Shown here piece after piece: positions 20,065 through 29,064 of a stretch of 64,000 bases of DNA. The notes beneath the pieces are model-generated. The model was not told where the DNA came from. It worked only from the letters and a program-made list of their open reading frames with translations, and ran no database searches. Numbering within the stretch: the stretch's first letter is position 1; every line of letters begins with the position of its first letter. Made by a program: the position numbers and the translations under genes. This DNA is from Moorena producens (GTDB taxonomy: Bacteria; Cyanobacteriota; Cyanobacteriia; Cyanobacteriales; Coleofasciculaceae), in the NCBI RefSeq assembly GCF_965240435.1, contig NZ_CBDEKO010000003.1. One strand, 5' to 3'.

Positions 20065-20679
20065 TCAACCTAACTTTTTCAACTGAGGCACTAGTAATTC
20101 AAAAGCCTTGCCACGATGAGAGCAGGATCGCTTGATCTCAGGCTCCATCTCAGCAAAGGTCAACCCCTGCTCTGGAACAAAAAAAACTGGGTCGTAGCCA
20201 AAGCCACCAGTTCCCCGAGGAGCTGGCAAAATTTCCCCCCGACAAATCCCTTGAGCTTGGTAAGCGATCGCACCATCTGGACGGGCAATCGCCACTACAC
20301 AAACAAACTGGGCTTGCCGATTCACTTCCAAACCTAGCTCCCCCAGTAGCCGCTCAATTCGCTCTTGGTCGGTTTTGCCATAGCGTGCAGAATAAATCCC
20401 TGGAGCACCATCTAGGGCATCGACTTGCAAACCGGAATCATCAGCAATTGCCCATTGCCCAGTTGCCTGGGCTACCGTTGATGCCTTCAGACAAGCATTG
20501 GCAGCAAATGTATCCCCAGTTTCTTCAATCTCTAGCTCTGGTGGCTTTAACTGCAATTCCCAGTCCAAAGAATCTAGGTATGTCTGCATCTCCCGCAGCT
20601 TACCAGGATTGCCTGTAGCTACAACCAGCAATTTTGGGAGCAAATTTGGGGTTTGATGTTGGGATTTTGGATTACTCAA
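20065..20679 (-). CDS. rdgB: Non-canonical purine NTP pyrophosphatase (RdgB/HAM1 family)
   Basis: ORF track 204 aa. LLVVATGNPGKLREM and FGYDPVF motifs. Confidence 0.85.
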   Translation of the reverse strand: MSNPKSQHQTPNLLPKLLVVATGNPGKLREMQTYLDSLDWELQLKPPELEIEETGDTFAANACLKASTVAQATGQWAIADDSGLQVDALDGAPGIYSARYGKTDQERIERLLGELGLEVNRQAQFVCVVAIARPDGAIAYQAQGICRGEILPAPRGTGGFGYDPVFFVPEQGLTFAEMEPEIKRSCSHRGKAFELLVPQLKKLG

Positions 20680-20852
20680 AGCAACAAGGTCAGATTGTTT
20701 GATGAAAGGTTAACTGGCAATCAGAGTCAGTTCGATACAGCTCAAGCAGCGTTTAATGCCCGATTGCGATCTTACTCACCAAAGCCCAGATTTTCAATAA
20801 CCCAACCAAAACTAGCCAATCCAAAATCCAACATTAATGCAAAATTTAAACT

Positions 20853-22295
20853 CTAAAACTTACTGGCCCAATCTTTAGCCCAGTTTAAGGTTTGAGTTAC
20901 TTGTTCAAGGGTAGCGGCTTCACAGTAGAGTCGCAATAAGGGTTCAGTGCCACTAAAACGAATCAGCAACCAGCTGTCGTTAGCTAAACGGAATTTATAC
21001 CCATCTGTGGTTTGGCAATCCACCACTGCCTGACCATTAATTTCTTGGAGAGGCTGAGTTTGTAATTGTTCTTGTATACGCGATCGCACTTCCATCCCCG
21101 ATAGATGTAAATCGATCCGGTCATAGGCAGAAGCATAGCCAGTTTGCTCTTGCAGACTCTTGTAGAGTTCACTTAAGTCTTTTCCAGATTTAGCGATCGC
21201 TTCTAATATATAGAGTGCTGATAATAAAGCATCTCGCTCAGGAATATGATTGCCATAGCCAATGCCTCCGGATTCCTCACCCCCTAGCAAGGCAGGAGTG
21301 GATAACATCCGGTCAGCAATATACTTGTAACCGATGGCAGTCTCATAAACTGGCAAATTATAAAGTGCTGCCACTCTAGGAATTAGGTCAGAACCACTAA
21401 GGGTTTTGACGACTTCACCACTAAAGTTACGCCGTGATGCTAGATGTTCAATCAGGATGGGAATCAGGATTTGGGGGCTAAGGAAATTGCCCTGACCATC
21501 AGCAGCTGCAATGCGATCGCTATCCCCATCAAATGCCAACCCAACCGCTAATTCAACACCCGGTTCGCGGTGGTGACTCTGGAGCGCTTCAAATAGCTCA
21601 GACAGATAACCGGGTAAAGGTTCTGGGGATTTGCCACCAAATAATGGATCCCGTTCGGCCTTAATTTCGATAATGGGTACCCCAAGAATCTTGTTCAAGC
21701 CTCCTGCTGCTGCACCATTCATAACATGGGCAAATACAGTCAGTTTCCCCTGACTAATCAGCTGTTGAATCAGGGCAATATCAACCTTTTGTCTTAAGGC
21801 ATCACAGTAACTTGACCATGGGTCAAAGGTCTTTATACTACCCTCTTTCTTAGGGATAGCTGGTGCTTGAGAAAGTTTGGCTTCAATCTGTTTAGTTATT
21901 TCTAGAGGAACTGATCCACCAAAGGCTCCTTTGACTTTTAAGCCTAGGTAATTGCCAGGATTATGACTAGCAGTAATTACCAAAGCTCCTAAAGCATTTT
22001 GGGACTTGGCTGCCCAACTAAAGGCTGGTGTAGGAGCATAACTGTTAGAGAGTAAGACATCAAAACCAGCAGCTTGAACCACCTCTGCGGTTTTTTTGGC
22101 AAAGTCTTCTGCCATGAAGCGTCGATCATACCCTACGATAATCGTTTGGCTACCCGTGGTTTCCCCATAAGCATCTGCCAGAACTTGAGCAGCAATAGGG
22201 GCAACTATTGCCAAGCGTTCGAAGGTAAAATCGGCGGCAATGATACCTCGCCAGCCGTCTGTCCCAAATTTAATTGAATCTGCGGCAATCGCCAT
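20853..22295 (-). CDS. Phosphoglucomutase/phosphomannomutase family protein
   Basis: ORF track 480 aa. Active-site loop TASHNPGNYLGLK and metal-binding loop FDGDSDR. Confidence 0.8.
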   Translation of the reverse strand: MAIAADSIKFGTDGWRGIIAADFTFERLAIVAPIAAQVLADAYGETTGSQTIIVGYDRRFMAEDFAKKTAEVVQAAGFDVLLSNSYAPTPAFSWAAKSQNALGALVITASHNPGNYLGLKVKGAFGGSVPLEITKQIEAKLSQAPAIPKKEGSIKTFDPWSSYCDALRQKVDIALIQQLISQGKLTVFAHVMNGAAAGGLNKILGVPIIEIKAERDPLFGGKSPEPLPGYLSELFEALQSHHREPGVELAVGLAFDGDSDRIAAADGQGNFLSPQILIPILIEHLASRRNFSGEVVKTLSGSDLIPRVAALYNLPVYETAIGYKYIADRMLSTPALLGGEESGGIGYGNHIPERDALLSALYILEAIAKSGKDLSELYKSLQEQTGYASAYDRIDLHLSGMEVRSRIQEQLQTQPLQEINGQAVVDCQTTDGYKFRLANDSWLLIRFSGTEPLLRLYCEAATLEQVTQTLNWAKDWASKF

Positions 22296-22665
22296 AGTAG
22301 TATATAGTTACTTAAATTTTAATACTCTGACGGCAAAATCCTAGCATTGGAAAGAGTTAGTGTCTTGCTGACCCGCCAAAGCCTGATCTGGCTTGTCTCG
22401 CCATTTTGTCGTCATCTAGTAGTACTGATAGTAGTTACTTAACTTAAGTCACTCTTTCGGGATTTTGTCCAGTGGGTGTATTCGACCCACCATTGAGGTT
22501 GGTCTATTGACGCTTCACCAATAAGTTGCTAAGCAACTAAGGTTTTTCCTAAATCTAAGCACTATCTATATAGTTATGTCTTGTTCTTGTTCCGGCGTCT
22601 TTACTATCTTCGTGGCTATGTTCGTGCATCTCTATCAATCATCCCAGGACTTGGGCAACAGTTTC

Positions 22666-23121
22666 CTAGTGGTCGTCGCTGATATCCTGCTTAGATCGGG
22701 CTGACTCAGGCAGCTTATTCAGTACAGAGATTAGATTCATGCGTTCAATGTAAGGCCAACCACCCTTTTCTTCAATATCTTTTAGAAAATCATATAGTTT
22801 CTGGCGAGTATCCGGCAATGAGGCTTGAAATAACTCGTCTCGAATATCGCCATGGACTTTCTCTAAAGCCCTGAGTATAGCCAACAGTGCTATGTTATCC
22901 CCTTCGTAATTATTGGCCAAAGAACGAATATCAGCGGTAATCTCTAGTAATTTAGGGTGTAATTGCTCTGAATCCAAATCTTTATCCCGATCCATTCCAT
23001 CAAATAACTGTCGCAGTAAAGGCGGCTCTTCCCGTGTACAATGCTCTAAAGAACAGCTGAGGCTCACGGAATCGGTGCCATTTTTGCATGCCCTATGCCC
23101 AAATGGCAGTAGTTCAACCAA
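22666..23121 (-). CDS. Hypothetical protein
   Basis: ORF track 151 aa. The true start may be the internal M (MDRDKDLD...). No recognisable motif. Confidence 0.35.
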   Translation of the reverse strand: MVELLPFGHRACKNGTDSVSLSCSLEHCTREEPPLLRQLFDGMDRDKDLDSEQLHPKLLEITADIRSLANNYEGDNIALLAILRALEKVHGDIRDELFQASLPDTRQKLYDFLKDIEEKGGWPYIERMNLISVLNKLPESARSKQDISDDH

Positions 23122-23294
23122 ATAACAAGCTTCCCGATAGTTTGTGTGTAGCCCGACTTATAACATGGGTGTGGTGTGAATTGCGGATAATACTGGTCAA
23201 TGCCTAGAGGGCAGCAGCTGTTTAACTCCTATTGCACCAGCAACCCAATTCCAGAACCAACCTAACATACATTTTTAGATCTGATTATTGACGA

Positions 23295-24137
23295 TTGAGA
23301 TTGACTATGAAGTATCGTGCTTTGATTTGTGCCTTCCTGGCGTTATGTCTGGGGGTTTTTACAGCGTCCTGTTCTCCAGATGTAGCCAGCTTGGAAAGTA
23401 TCGAAGGACTTACCTATGACCAGATTAGAAACACTGGTTTAGCGAATAACTGTCCACAGCTGTCAGAAATGACTCGGGGTGCTATTCCTCTAGACCCCGA
23501 CCAGTCCTATGAGATTGTCGATATGTGCGTACAGCCAACCACCTTCTTTGTCAAGGAAGAAGGAACTAAGCGCAAAGAGGCAGAATATCTTCCCGGCAAA
23601 TTATTGACCCGTTATACCTCTAGCTTGGTTCAAGTGCGAGGAGACTTAGTTTTTCAAGAAGATGGTAGTCTGAAGTTTTTGGAAAAGGATGGTATAGATT
23701 TCCAACCCATCACTATTCAGTTGCCTGGAGGTGAGCAAGTCCCATTCCTGTTCACCATTAAAAAATTGGTTGCCACAACTGAGCCTGGTTTGGAGAGTAT
23801 CAATGCTTCCACCGATTTTGATGGCGATTTCTACGTCCCCTCTTATCGGGGTGCTGTTTTCCTAGATCCCAAAGGTCGAGGTCTGGCTAGTGGTTATGAT
23901 AATTCGGTTGCTTTGCCATCTCAAGCGGATAGCCAAGAGTTTGCCAATGTTAAGAGCGCAGATGTGGGCGAAGGCACCATTGAGCTGCGCATAGCTCAAG
24001 TAGATAGCGAGAGTGGCGAAATTGCTGGTACATTCATAAGTGAACAACCCTCAGATACTGACTTAGGTGCTGATGAGCCAGAAGAAGTGAAAGTTCAGGG
24101 TATATTTTACGCTCGCGTTCAACCAAAACAAGCATAG
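23295..24137 (+). CDS. psbO: Photosystem II manganese-stabilizing protein PsbO
   Basis: Signal peptide/lipobox-like N-terminus. LTYDQI...NNCP and FYVPSYRGAVFLDPKGRG signatures of PsbO. Confidence 0.85.
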   Translation: MRLTMKYRALICAFLALCLGVFTASCSPDVASLESIEGLTYDQIRNTGLANNCPQLSEMTRGAIPLDPDQSYEIVDMCVQPTTFFVKEEGTKRKEAEYLPGKLLTRYTSSLVQVRGDLVFQEDGSLKFLEKDGIDFQPITIQLPGGEQVPFLFTIKKLVATTEPGLESINASTDFDGDFYVPSYRGAVFLDPKGRGLASGYDNSVALPSQADSQEFANVKSADVGEGTIELRIAQVDSESGEIAGTFISEQPSDTDLGADEPEEVKVQGIFYARVQPKQA

Positions 24138-24208
24138 CTGACGTTGATTTGAGTCTTAGAAGCCACTGACTCCCAGAATGGGAAATTTGCAAAAACGTTA
24201 ATTGCTAA

Positions 24209-24229
24209 GGGGCGTATGCCCCTTTTTTG
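24209..24229 (+). terminator. Rho-independent terminator downstream of psbO
   Basis: ggggcgtatgcccc hairpin followed by TTTTTT. Confidence 0.6.
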
Positions 24230-24684
24230 ATAAAAATGTGGCGTTTTCGATATCCTGTATGTATTATTAATAAACTTTCATCGTTTATAATTCAGGATTA
24301 GGGTGAAATTACTGTTTTAAGAAACTTAATGGTAAATCTACAATTAAAGTAAGTAAACTATGACCAAGGCGGTGCTTTTGGAGATTAATAAACTCGATTA
24401 ACCCTCGTTACCTATGTTATCAAACAAAACTGCAGCATAAACCCACGCCAATAAAACTGAGCCCCTTTCTCTAAAAGGGATTCAACATAATATCGTCCGG
24501 GGATTGGATCCGGGAAAACATCAATCGGTAATCCGACAACCATTACCAATTCAACCTGAACCATTAGCACAAGGGATAAAAAATTTGTTGCAGCCATTCA
24601 GGAGAATTGGGATGAGTTAGGGGTATCATAGCCGATTGATATCTACTTGTGATCTACTTTTAATCTACCACCTTAAATTTTGTT

Positions 24685-25461
24685 ATGGCGACTAACCTTA
24701 ACCATAAACTTAAGTATCAAAGCTTAACATTATTACAAAATTACCAGCAATCTCCCACCGCTGAACTTCGCAATCAGCTAGTGGCTCTCAATTTAGGACT
24801 AGTCAGGAGAGAAGCTCATCATTGGGTCAAGCAGTGTCATGAAAGCTACGAAGACTTACTTCAGGTTGGCTGTATTGGCTTAATTGGTGCCATAGAACGA
24901 TTTGATTCCACCAAGGGCATCGCATTTAGTTCCTTCGCTATCCCCTACATTCGTGGTGAAATTCAGCACTATTTACGAGATCGGGGTTATTCAATTCGCA
25001 TTCCTCGACGCTGGCTAGCACTACGGCAAAAGTCTGTGGAAATTACTCGACATTTACGAGCAACGTTAAATCGGCAACCGACAGAAGAAGAAATAGCAGC
25101 AGCATTAAACATTTCCCTAGAAGAATGGCAAGAAATTACCCTAGCTCATCAAAATCGGGAACCTCTGAGCTTAGATACACCAGTGGGAGATTCAGAGGAC
25201 AGAAACACCAGCTTGGGTGAATTAGTCCCAGATCCTCGCTATCGCAGTTTTCAGCTGGCACAGGAAGACCAAATCCGCATTCAACAAGCCCTAGCTCATT
25301 TGGAAAAGCGCACTCGTGAAGTGCTGGAATTTGTTTTTTTACATGACTTGACCCAAAAAGAGGTAGCACAACGCTTAGACATCAGTGTAGTAACGGTATC
25401 CCGCCGCGTTAAAAAAGGCTTGGAAGCGTTGCAAAAGTTAATGAAACCGACACAAGATTAA
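24685..25461 (+). CDS. Group 3 (SigF/SigB/FliA-type) alternative sigma-70 factor
   Basis: ORF track 258 aa. Region 2 (LIGAIERFDSTKGIAFSSFAIPYIRGEI) and a region 4 HTH (LTQKEVAQRLDISVVTVSRRVKKGL). No region 1.1 or 3-rich segment. Confidence 0.8.
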   Translation: MATNLNHKLKYQSLTLLQNYQQSPTAELRNQLVALNLGLVRREAHHWVKQCHESYEDLLQVGCIGLIGAIERFDSTKGIAFSSFAIPYIRGEIQHYLRDRGYSIRIPRRWLALRQKSVEITRHLRATLNRQPTEEEIAAALNISLEEWQEITLAHQNREPLSLDTPVGDSEDRNTSLGELVPDPRYRSFQLAQEDQIRIQQALAHLEKRTREVLEFVFLHDLTQKEVAQRLDISVVTVSRRVKKGLEALQKLMKPTQD

Positions 25462-25617
25462 GATTAATTTTCACACTATTATTAGTTAAGCATAATAATA
25501 TAAAATTCTAGAAAATAATATACAGCTGGCAAAGTAACTGGACTTGAGAGCTAAGTCATAGCTGAAAAGCGCTTTGGGCTTCTTGAATTGGGTGTTATTG
25601 CCCATAGGCTGTCCATG

Positions 25618-25800
25618 TAAGTGTTCAGCTATCAGCTTAAGCGCTACGCGCACGCGTGCGCGTTCAGCTATCAGCTATCAGCTATTAGCTTATGGGTTAG
25701 GTTTCAGCATCGTTCGCACAGCGTGGCCATTCGCGTAGCGTGGCCAAAGGCCAAGGCCAAACCCTGGGCAACTCAAGTTGACGTGCTTTTGGATAAAATA
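25618..25800. repeat. Intergenic repeat block of the AGCTGAYAGCTGA tandem family plus GC palindromes (cgcgcacgcgtgcgcg; gcgtggcc...ggccaaaggcc)
   Basis: Read directly. The same family recurs at 27062-27120, 30598-30880, 31818-32000, 45538-45580, 53752-53822 and 61480-61530. Confidence 0.8.
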
Positions 25801-25967
25801 AGCTGACCACTGACGGCTGAGGGCTGACGGCTTACCGGCCCACAGCTTTTTGCTGAGAGTCTCCAGTTTTGCAAGTTTGCCAAAAAAATTCTATATTCAA
25901 AGAAGTTGGTGCCACAGATCGATAACTTCAAGTTCAAGGGTATGCTCGGATAAAGCGTTATTTTTAG

Positions 25968-27017
25968 GTGGTCATGGGTAAAGTATCATGCATCGTATGG
26001 GTGAGTGTACTGGCTCTGCTTATAGGAGGCTGTCAACCGGGTAGAAAGGCTGAACAGGGGGAGCAGACTACCCCTAAACCTACTCCGGTGGCTTCCCCGG
26101 ATAGCACCAAACCTTCTCCTCCTGTAGCTCAATTTGCTCCTAAACCCCCGGAAACACCAGAGCAGGAAAAGGTAATACCAATACCACCGTTGATCACAAC
26201 CTTGCCAAGCAATGAAATAAGAAATCGGATTGATAAGGGACGTCTTGACCCGTTTGCGGCAATTTCAGTGCAACCAGAGGTGGAGATTTTGCCCAATCCT
26301 GGCAGACCAAGTAGTTCCCCGACAAGGGTACAGCCTCTGACTCCTGCACCACGAACACCGGGTTTGCGATCGCGTCCTGGGACAGGAAGTAGTGTAGCGG
26401 TAAGACCCTCCAGCCCCTCAAGAGCTAGCAGACCCTCCAGCCCTTCCAGAGCTAGCCGAACCACCAGCCCTTCAAGAGCTAGCAGACCCTCCAGCCCCTC
26501 AAGAGCTAGCAGACCCTCCAGCCCCTCAAGAGCTAGCAGACCTTCTAGCCCTTCAAGAGCTAGCAGACCCTCCAGCCCTTCAAGCTCCTCAATCGCTAGA
26601 AAGTCTCCTGGCTCATCAAGAGGGAATGTTTTGCCAAGGCCCCAGAACACTCGATCTACAGAGACTAGCATTGCTAAACCTGGTTCACCACCAGACAATA
26701 GCTCTGTTGTCAAGGATGGTATCCCCCCTATCCCTCCTGAATTTGATCTGCAACTGCCAATCCTACCAGAACCAGAACTGGCCTATAATGTCAGTGTCAC
26801 AGGGGTAGTTGATAACGGTAGGGGTGTCTATTACGCTATCCTAGATGTCCCTAATGAGCCTAGTCGTAGCGTTCAAGTTGGACAGTTTATATTAGGTGGA
26901 CAAGTTCTAGTCAAGCGGATTGAAATGTATAGAGGTTTAGATCCAGTGGTGATTCTGGAAGAAAACGGTGTTGAAGTTTCTAGACGAGTTGGAGAAAACT
27001 CAACATCAGCTTCTTGA
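25968..27017 (+). CDS. Pro/Ser-rich repeat lipoprotein with possible C-terminal PilP-like beta domain
   Basis: Lipobox LLIGGC. Seven tandem RPSSPSRAS nonapeptides are encoded by a 27-bp DNA repeat (26396-26590). Globular C-terminal ~110 aa. Confidence 0.55.
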   Translation: MVMGKVSCIVWVSVLALLIGGCQPGRKAEQGEQTTPKPTPVASPDSTKPSPPVAQFAPKPPETPEQEKVIPIPPLITTLPSNEIRNRIDKGRLDPFAAISVQPEVEILPNPGRPSSSPTRVQPLTPAPRTPGLRSRPGTGSSVAVRPSSPSRASRPSSPSRASRTTSPSRASRPSSPSRASRPSSPSRASRPSSPSRASRPSSPSSSSIARKSPGSSRGNVLPRPQNTRSTETSIAKPGSPPDNSSVVKDGIPPIPPEFDLQLPILPEPELAYNVSVTGVVDNGRGVYYAILDVPNEPSRSVQVGQFILGGQVLVKRIEMYRGLDPVVILEENGVEVSRRVGENSTSAS

Positions 27018-27195
27018 AGTAACCTCAGGGTACAGTGTTAACTATTAGGTGTTAGGTAAGCATATGCGCTACGCGCAGGCTACGCCAACAGCTATCAGCT
27101 TTCAGCCGTCAGCCATTCCCCTAACACTAAATAATTGGTATTTCCAGCCATTGGGAGCATCCCAATGGTTTTAAATTATATAGGAGTGTAAACTA

Positions 27196-27474
27196 TTGCG
27201 TTATCAAATTAGTTGTCCTGGTTTACCCTTGGCAGTTTATCGAGAGGTAGCTGCCCATTTACGGCAAGTGACAGGAGTAAAAGCTGATTTACTACCCCAA
27301 ACATCCCAGCAGTTTGATTACAATCAGAGTCAGGTTGGTGGATTGTGGATTGAGTATGGCGAGACTACTGATAAAGTAGAAAGAGAACGGGTCAAGCAAA
27401 TTTTGTCCTATTATCAAAATCGCTATGGTGCCTGGGAAGAAGACACTTCCGATGGTGGACCGCAGCTCACATGA
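27196..27474 (+). CDS. Conserved hypothetical small protein
   Basis: ORF track 92 aa, directly upstream of hisS. No motif recognised. Confidence 0.35.
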   Translation: MRYQISCPGLPLAVYREVAAHLRQVTGVKADLLPQTSQQFDYNQSQVGGLWIEYGETTDKVERERVKQILSYYQNRYGAWEEDTSDGGPQLT

Positions 27475-27492
27475 TGGGGAAGCAAAACGTTA

Positions 27493-28776
27493 ATGGGTTT
27501 AATCCAGGCTTTACGAGGAACACGGGATATCCTGCCAGACGAAGTTGGATATTGGCAGCAAGTAGAAGCGATCGCACAACAGATTCTCAATAGAGCGGCT
27601 TATCGAGAAATTCGTCCTCCCATTTTTGAGCGTACTGAACTGTTTGAACGGGGAATTGGGGAAGCTACCGATGTGGTAGGGAAGGAAATGTATACCTTCA
27701 ACGACCGGGCAACCCCTCCTCGTTCGGTGACACTACGTCCAGAAGGGACAGCGGGAGTAGTGCGAGCTTATATTCAAAATAGCCTTTATGCTGCTGGTGG
27801 GGTACAACGCCTCTGGTATACCGGTCCAATGTTTCGCTATGAAAATCCCCAAGCTGGACGACAGCGACAGTTTCATCAATTGGGGGTAGAGGTGATTGGT
27901 TCTCGTGATGCCAGGGCAGATGCAGAAGTAATTGCGATCGCAATGGATATCCTCAATACCTTGGGTCTAGTTAACCTGAAACTTGACCTGAATTCTGTCG
28001 GTAGTACCGAAGACCGTCAACAGTACCGACAGGCTCTGGTAGATTACCTCACTCCTTACAAAGATGAGTTGGACGAAGATTCTCAAGACCGTTTAACTCG
28101 CAATCCCCTCAGGATTTTAGATAGTAAAGACAAACGTACTCAAGAGATTGCTCAGGATGCTCCCAGTATTTTAGACTACCTAAGTTCAGAGTCTCAAAGT
28201 CATTTTGATCAGGTCAAGCAGTTGTTGCAGGATTTAGGGATTAGTTACCAGCTTAATCCTCGCTTGGTGCGGGGGTTGGATTACTACACCCACACTGCCT
28301 TTGAAATTATCTCTGATGACTTAGGCGCTCAAGCAACAGTTTGTGGTGGTGGTCGCTATGACGGATTAGTCGATGAATTGGGGGGAAATAAAACTCCAGC
28401 TGTTGGTTGGGCGATTGGTTTAGAGCGTTTGGTGATTTTGCTGCAACAACTGCAAGCCTCACCAAACCTAGCGCTAGATTTTTATCTAGTATCCAGAGGT
28501 GAAGTAGCTCAAGCTCAAGGGTTGAAACTGGCTCAGCAACTGCGCAAAGCTGGGTTGGCTGTAGAACTGGACTTGAGTGGAAGTGCTTTTGGTAAACAGT
28601 TTAAGCGAGCTGACCGCAGTGGTGCGGTGGCTTGTTTAGTGATCGGAGATGCTGAAGCTCAGAGCAACACCGTGAATTTGAAATGGCTGGCCTCTGGGGA
28701 ACAAGAAACCATGACCCAAGCTGATTTATTGGATAAAACTGAGCAGTTAAAAGAGCAGATAGAACCTTTGCGTTGA
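27493..28776 (+). CDS. hisS: Histidyl-tRNA synthetase
   Basis: ORF track 427 aa. Class II motifs, the LRGTRD HisRS signature, and a C-terminal anticodon-binding domain. Confidence 0.9.
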   Translation: MGLIQALRGTRDILPDEVGYWQQVEAIAQQILNRAAYREIRPPIFERTELFERGIGEATDVVGKEMYTFNDRATPPRSVTLRPEGTAGVVRAYIQNSLYAAGGVQRLWYTGPMFRYENPQAGRQRQFHQLGVEVIGSRDARADAEVIAIAMDILNTLGLVNLKLDLNSVGSTEDRQQYRQALVDYLTPYKDELDEDSQDRLTRNPLRILDSKDKRTQEIAQDAPSILDYLSSESQSHFDQVKQLLQDLGISYQLNPRLVRGLDYYTHTAFEIISDDLGAQATVCGGGRYDGLVDELGGNKTPAVGWAIGLERLVILLQQLQASPNLALDFYLVSRGEVAQAQGLKLAQQLRKAGLAVELDLSGSAFGKQFKRADRSGAVACLVIGDAEAQSNTVNLKWLASGEQETMTQADLLDKTEQLKEQIEPLR

Positions 28777-28797
28777 GTCTTGAGTGTTGAGTTGCGT

Positions 28798-28899
28798 AGG
28801 GTGTGTTAGGGGAGCCTTGATATTTGGCCTCTAGCCCTTGGTTAGGTTGCTGCCCGTAACGCACCACTGCTGGTTCAAACAACTGTTAGGAGATGCACC
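28798..28899. repeat. Copy A of a ~102-bp dispersed element (second copy at 32660-32762)
   Basis: agggtgtgttaggggagcc...ggttaggttgctgcccgtaacgcaccactgctggttcaaacaactgttaggagatgcaccc, about 85-90% identical to copy B. A 10-bp-stem hairpin cttgagtgtt/aacactcaag follows. Confidence 0.75.
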
Positions 28900-29064
28900 C
28901 TTGAGTGTTCAGTGTTAACACTCAAGAACGTCGTATTATTTCGTAGTGACACATCAATGCTTTGAGATAAGTATGGGTATCCTTAGGTTATAAAGAAAGG
29001 GGTTAGCATCCTGAGGATGCTGCGCTACCTACCATCTCACCTGTAGAGTTCCCCAGCTACTGCT

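Noticed and set aside
26129-26713. 194-aa minus-strand ORF with LEGLEGLLA repeats
   Set aside because: Antisense translation of the 27-bp tandem repeat inside the Pro/Ser-rich lipoprotein gene. The plus-strand gene has a lipobox and a globular C-terminus and explains the ORF.
28601-28882. Minus-strand ORFs (28601-28882 and 32558-32788) overlapping the two copies of the 102-bp element
   Set aside because: The shared DNA is read in different frames in the two ORFs and the peptides are unrelated. Conservation is at the nucleotide level, so the element is non-coding.
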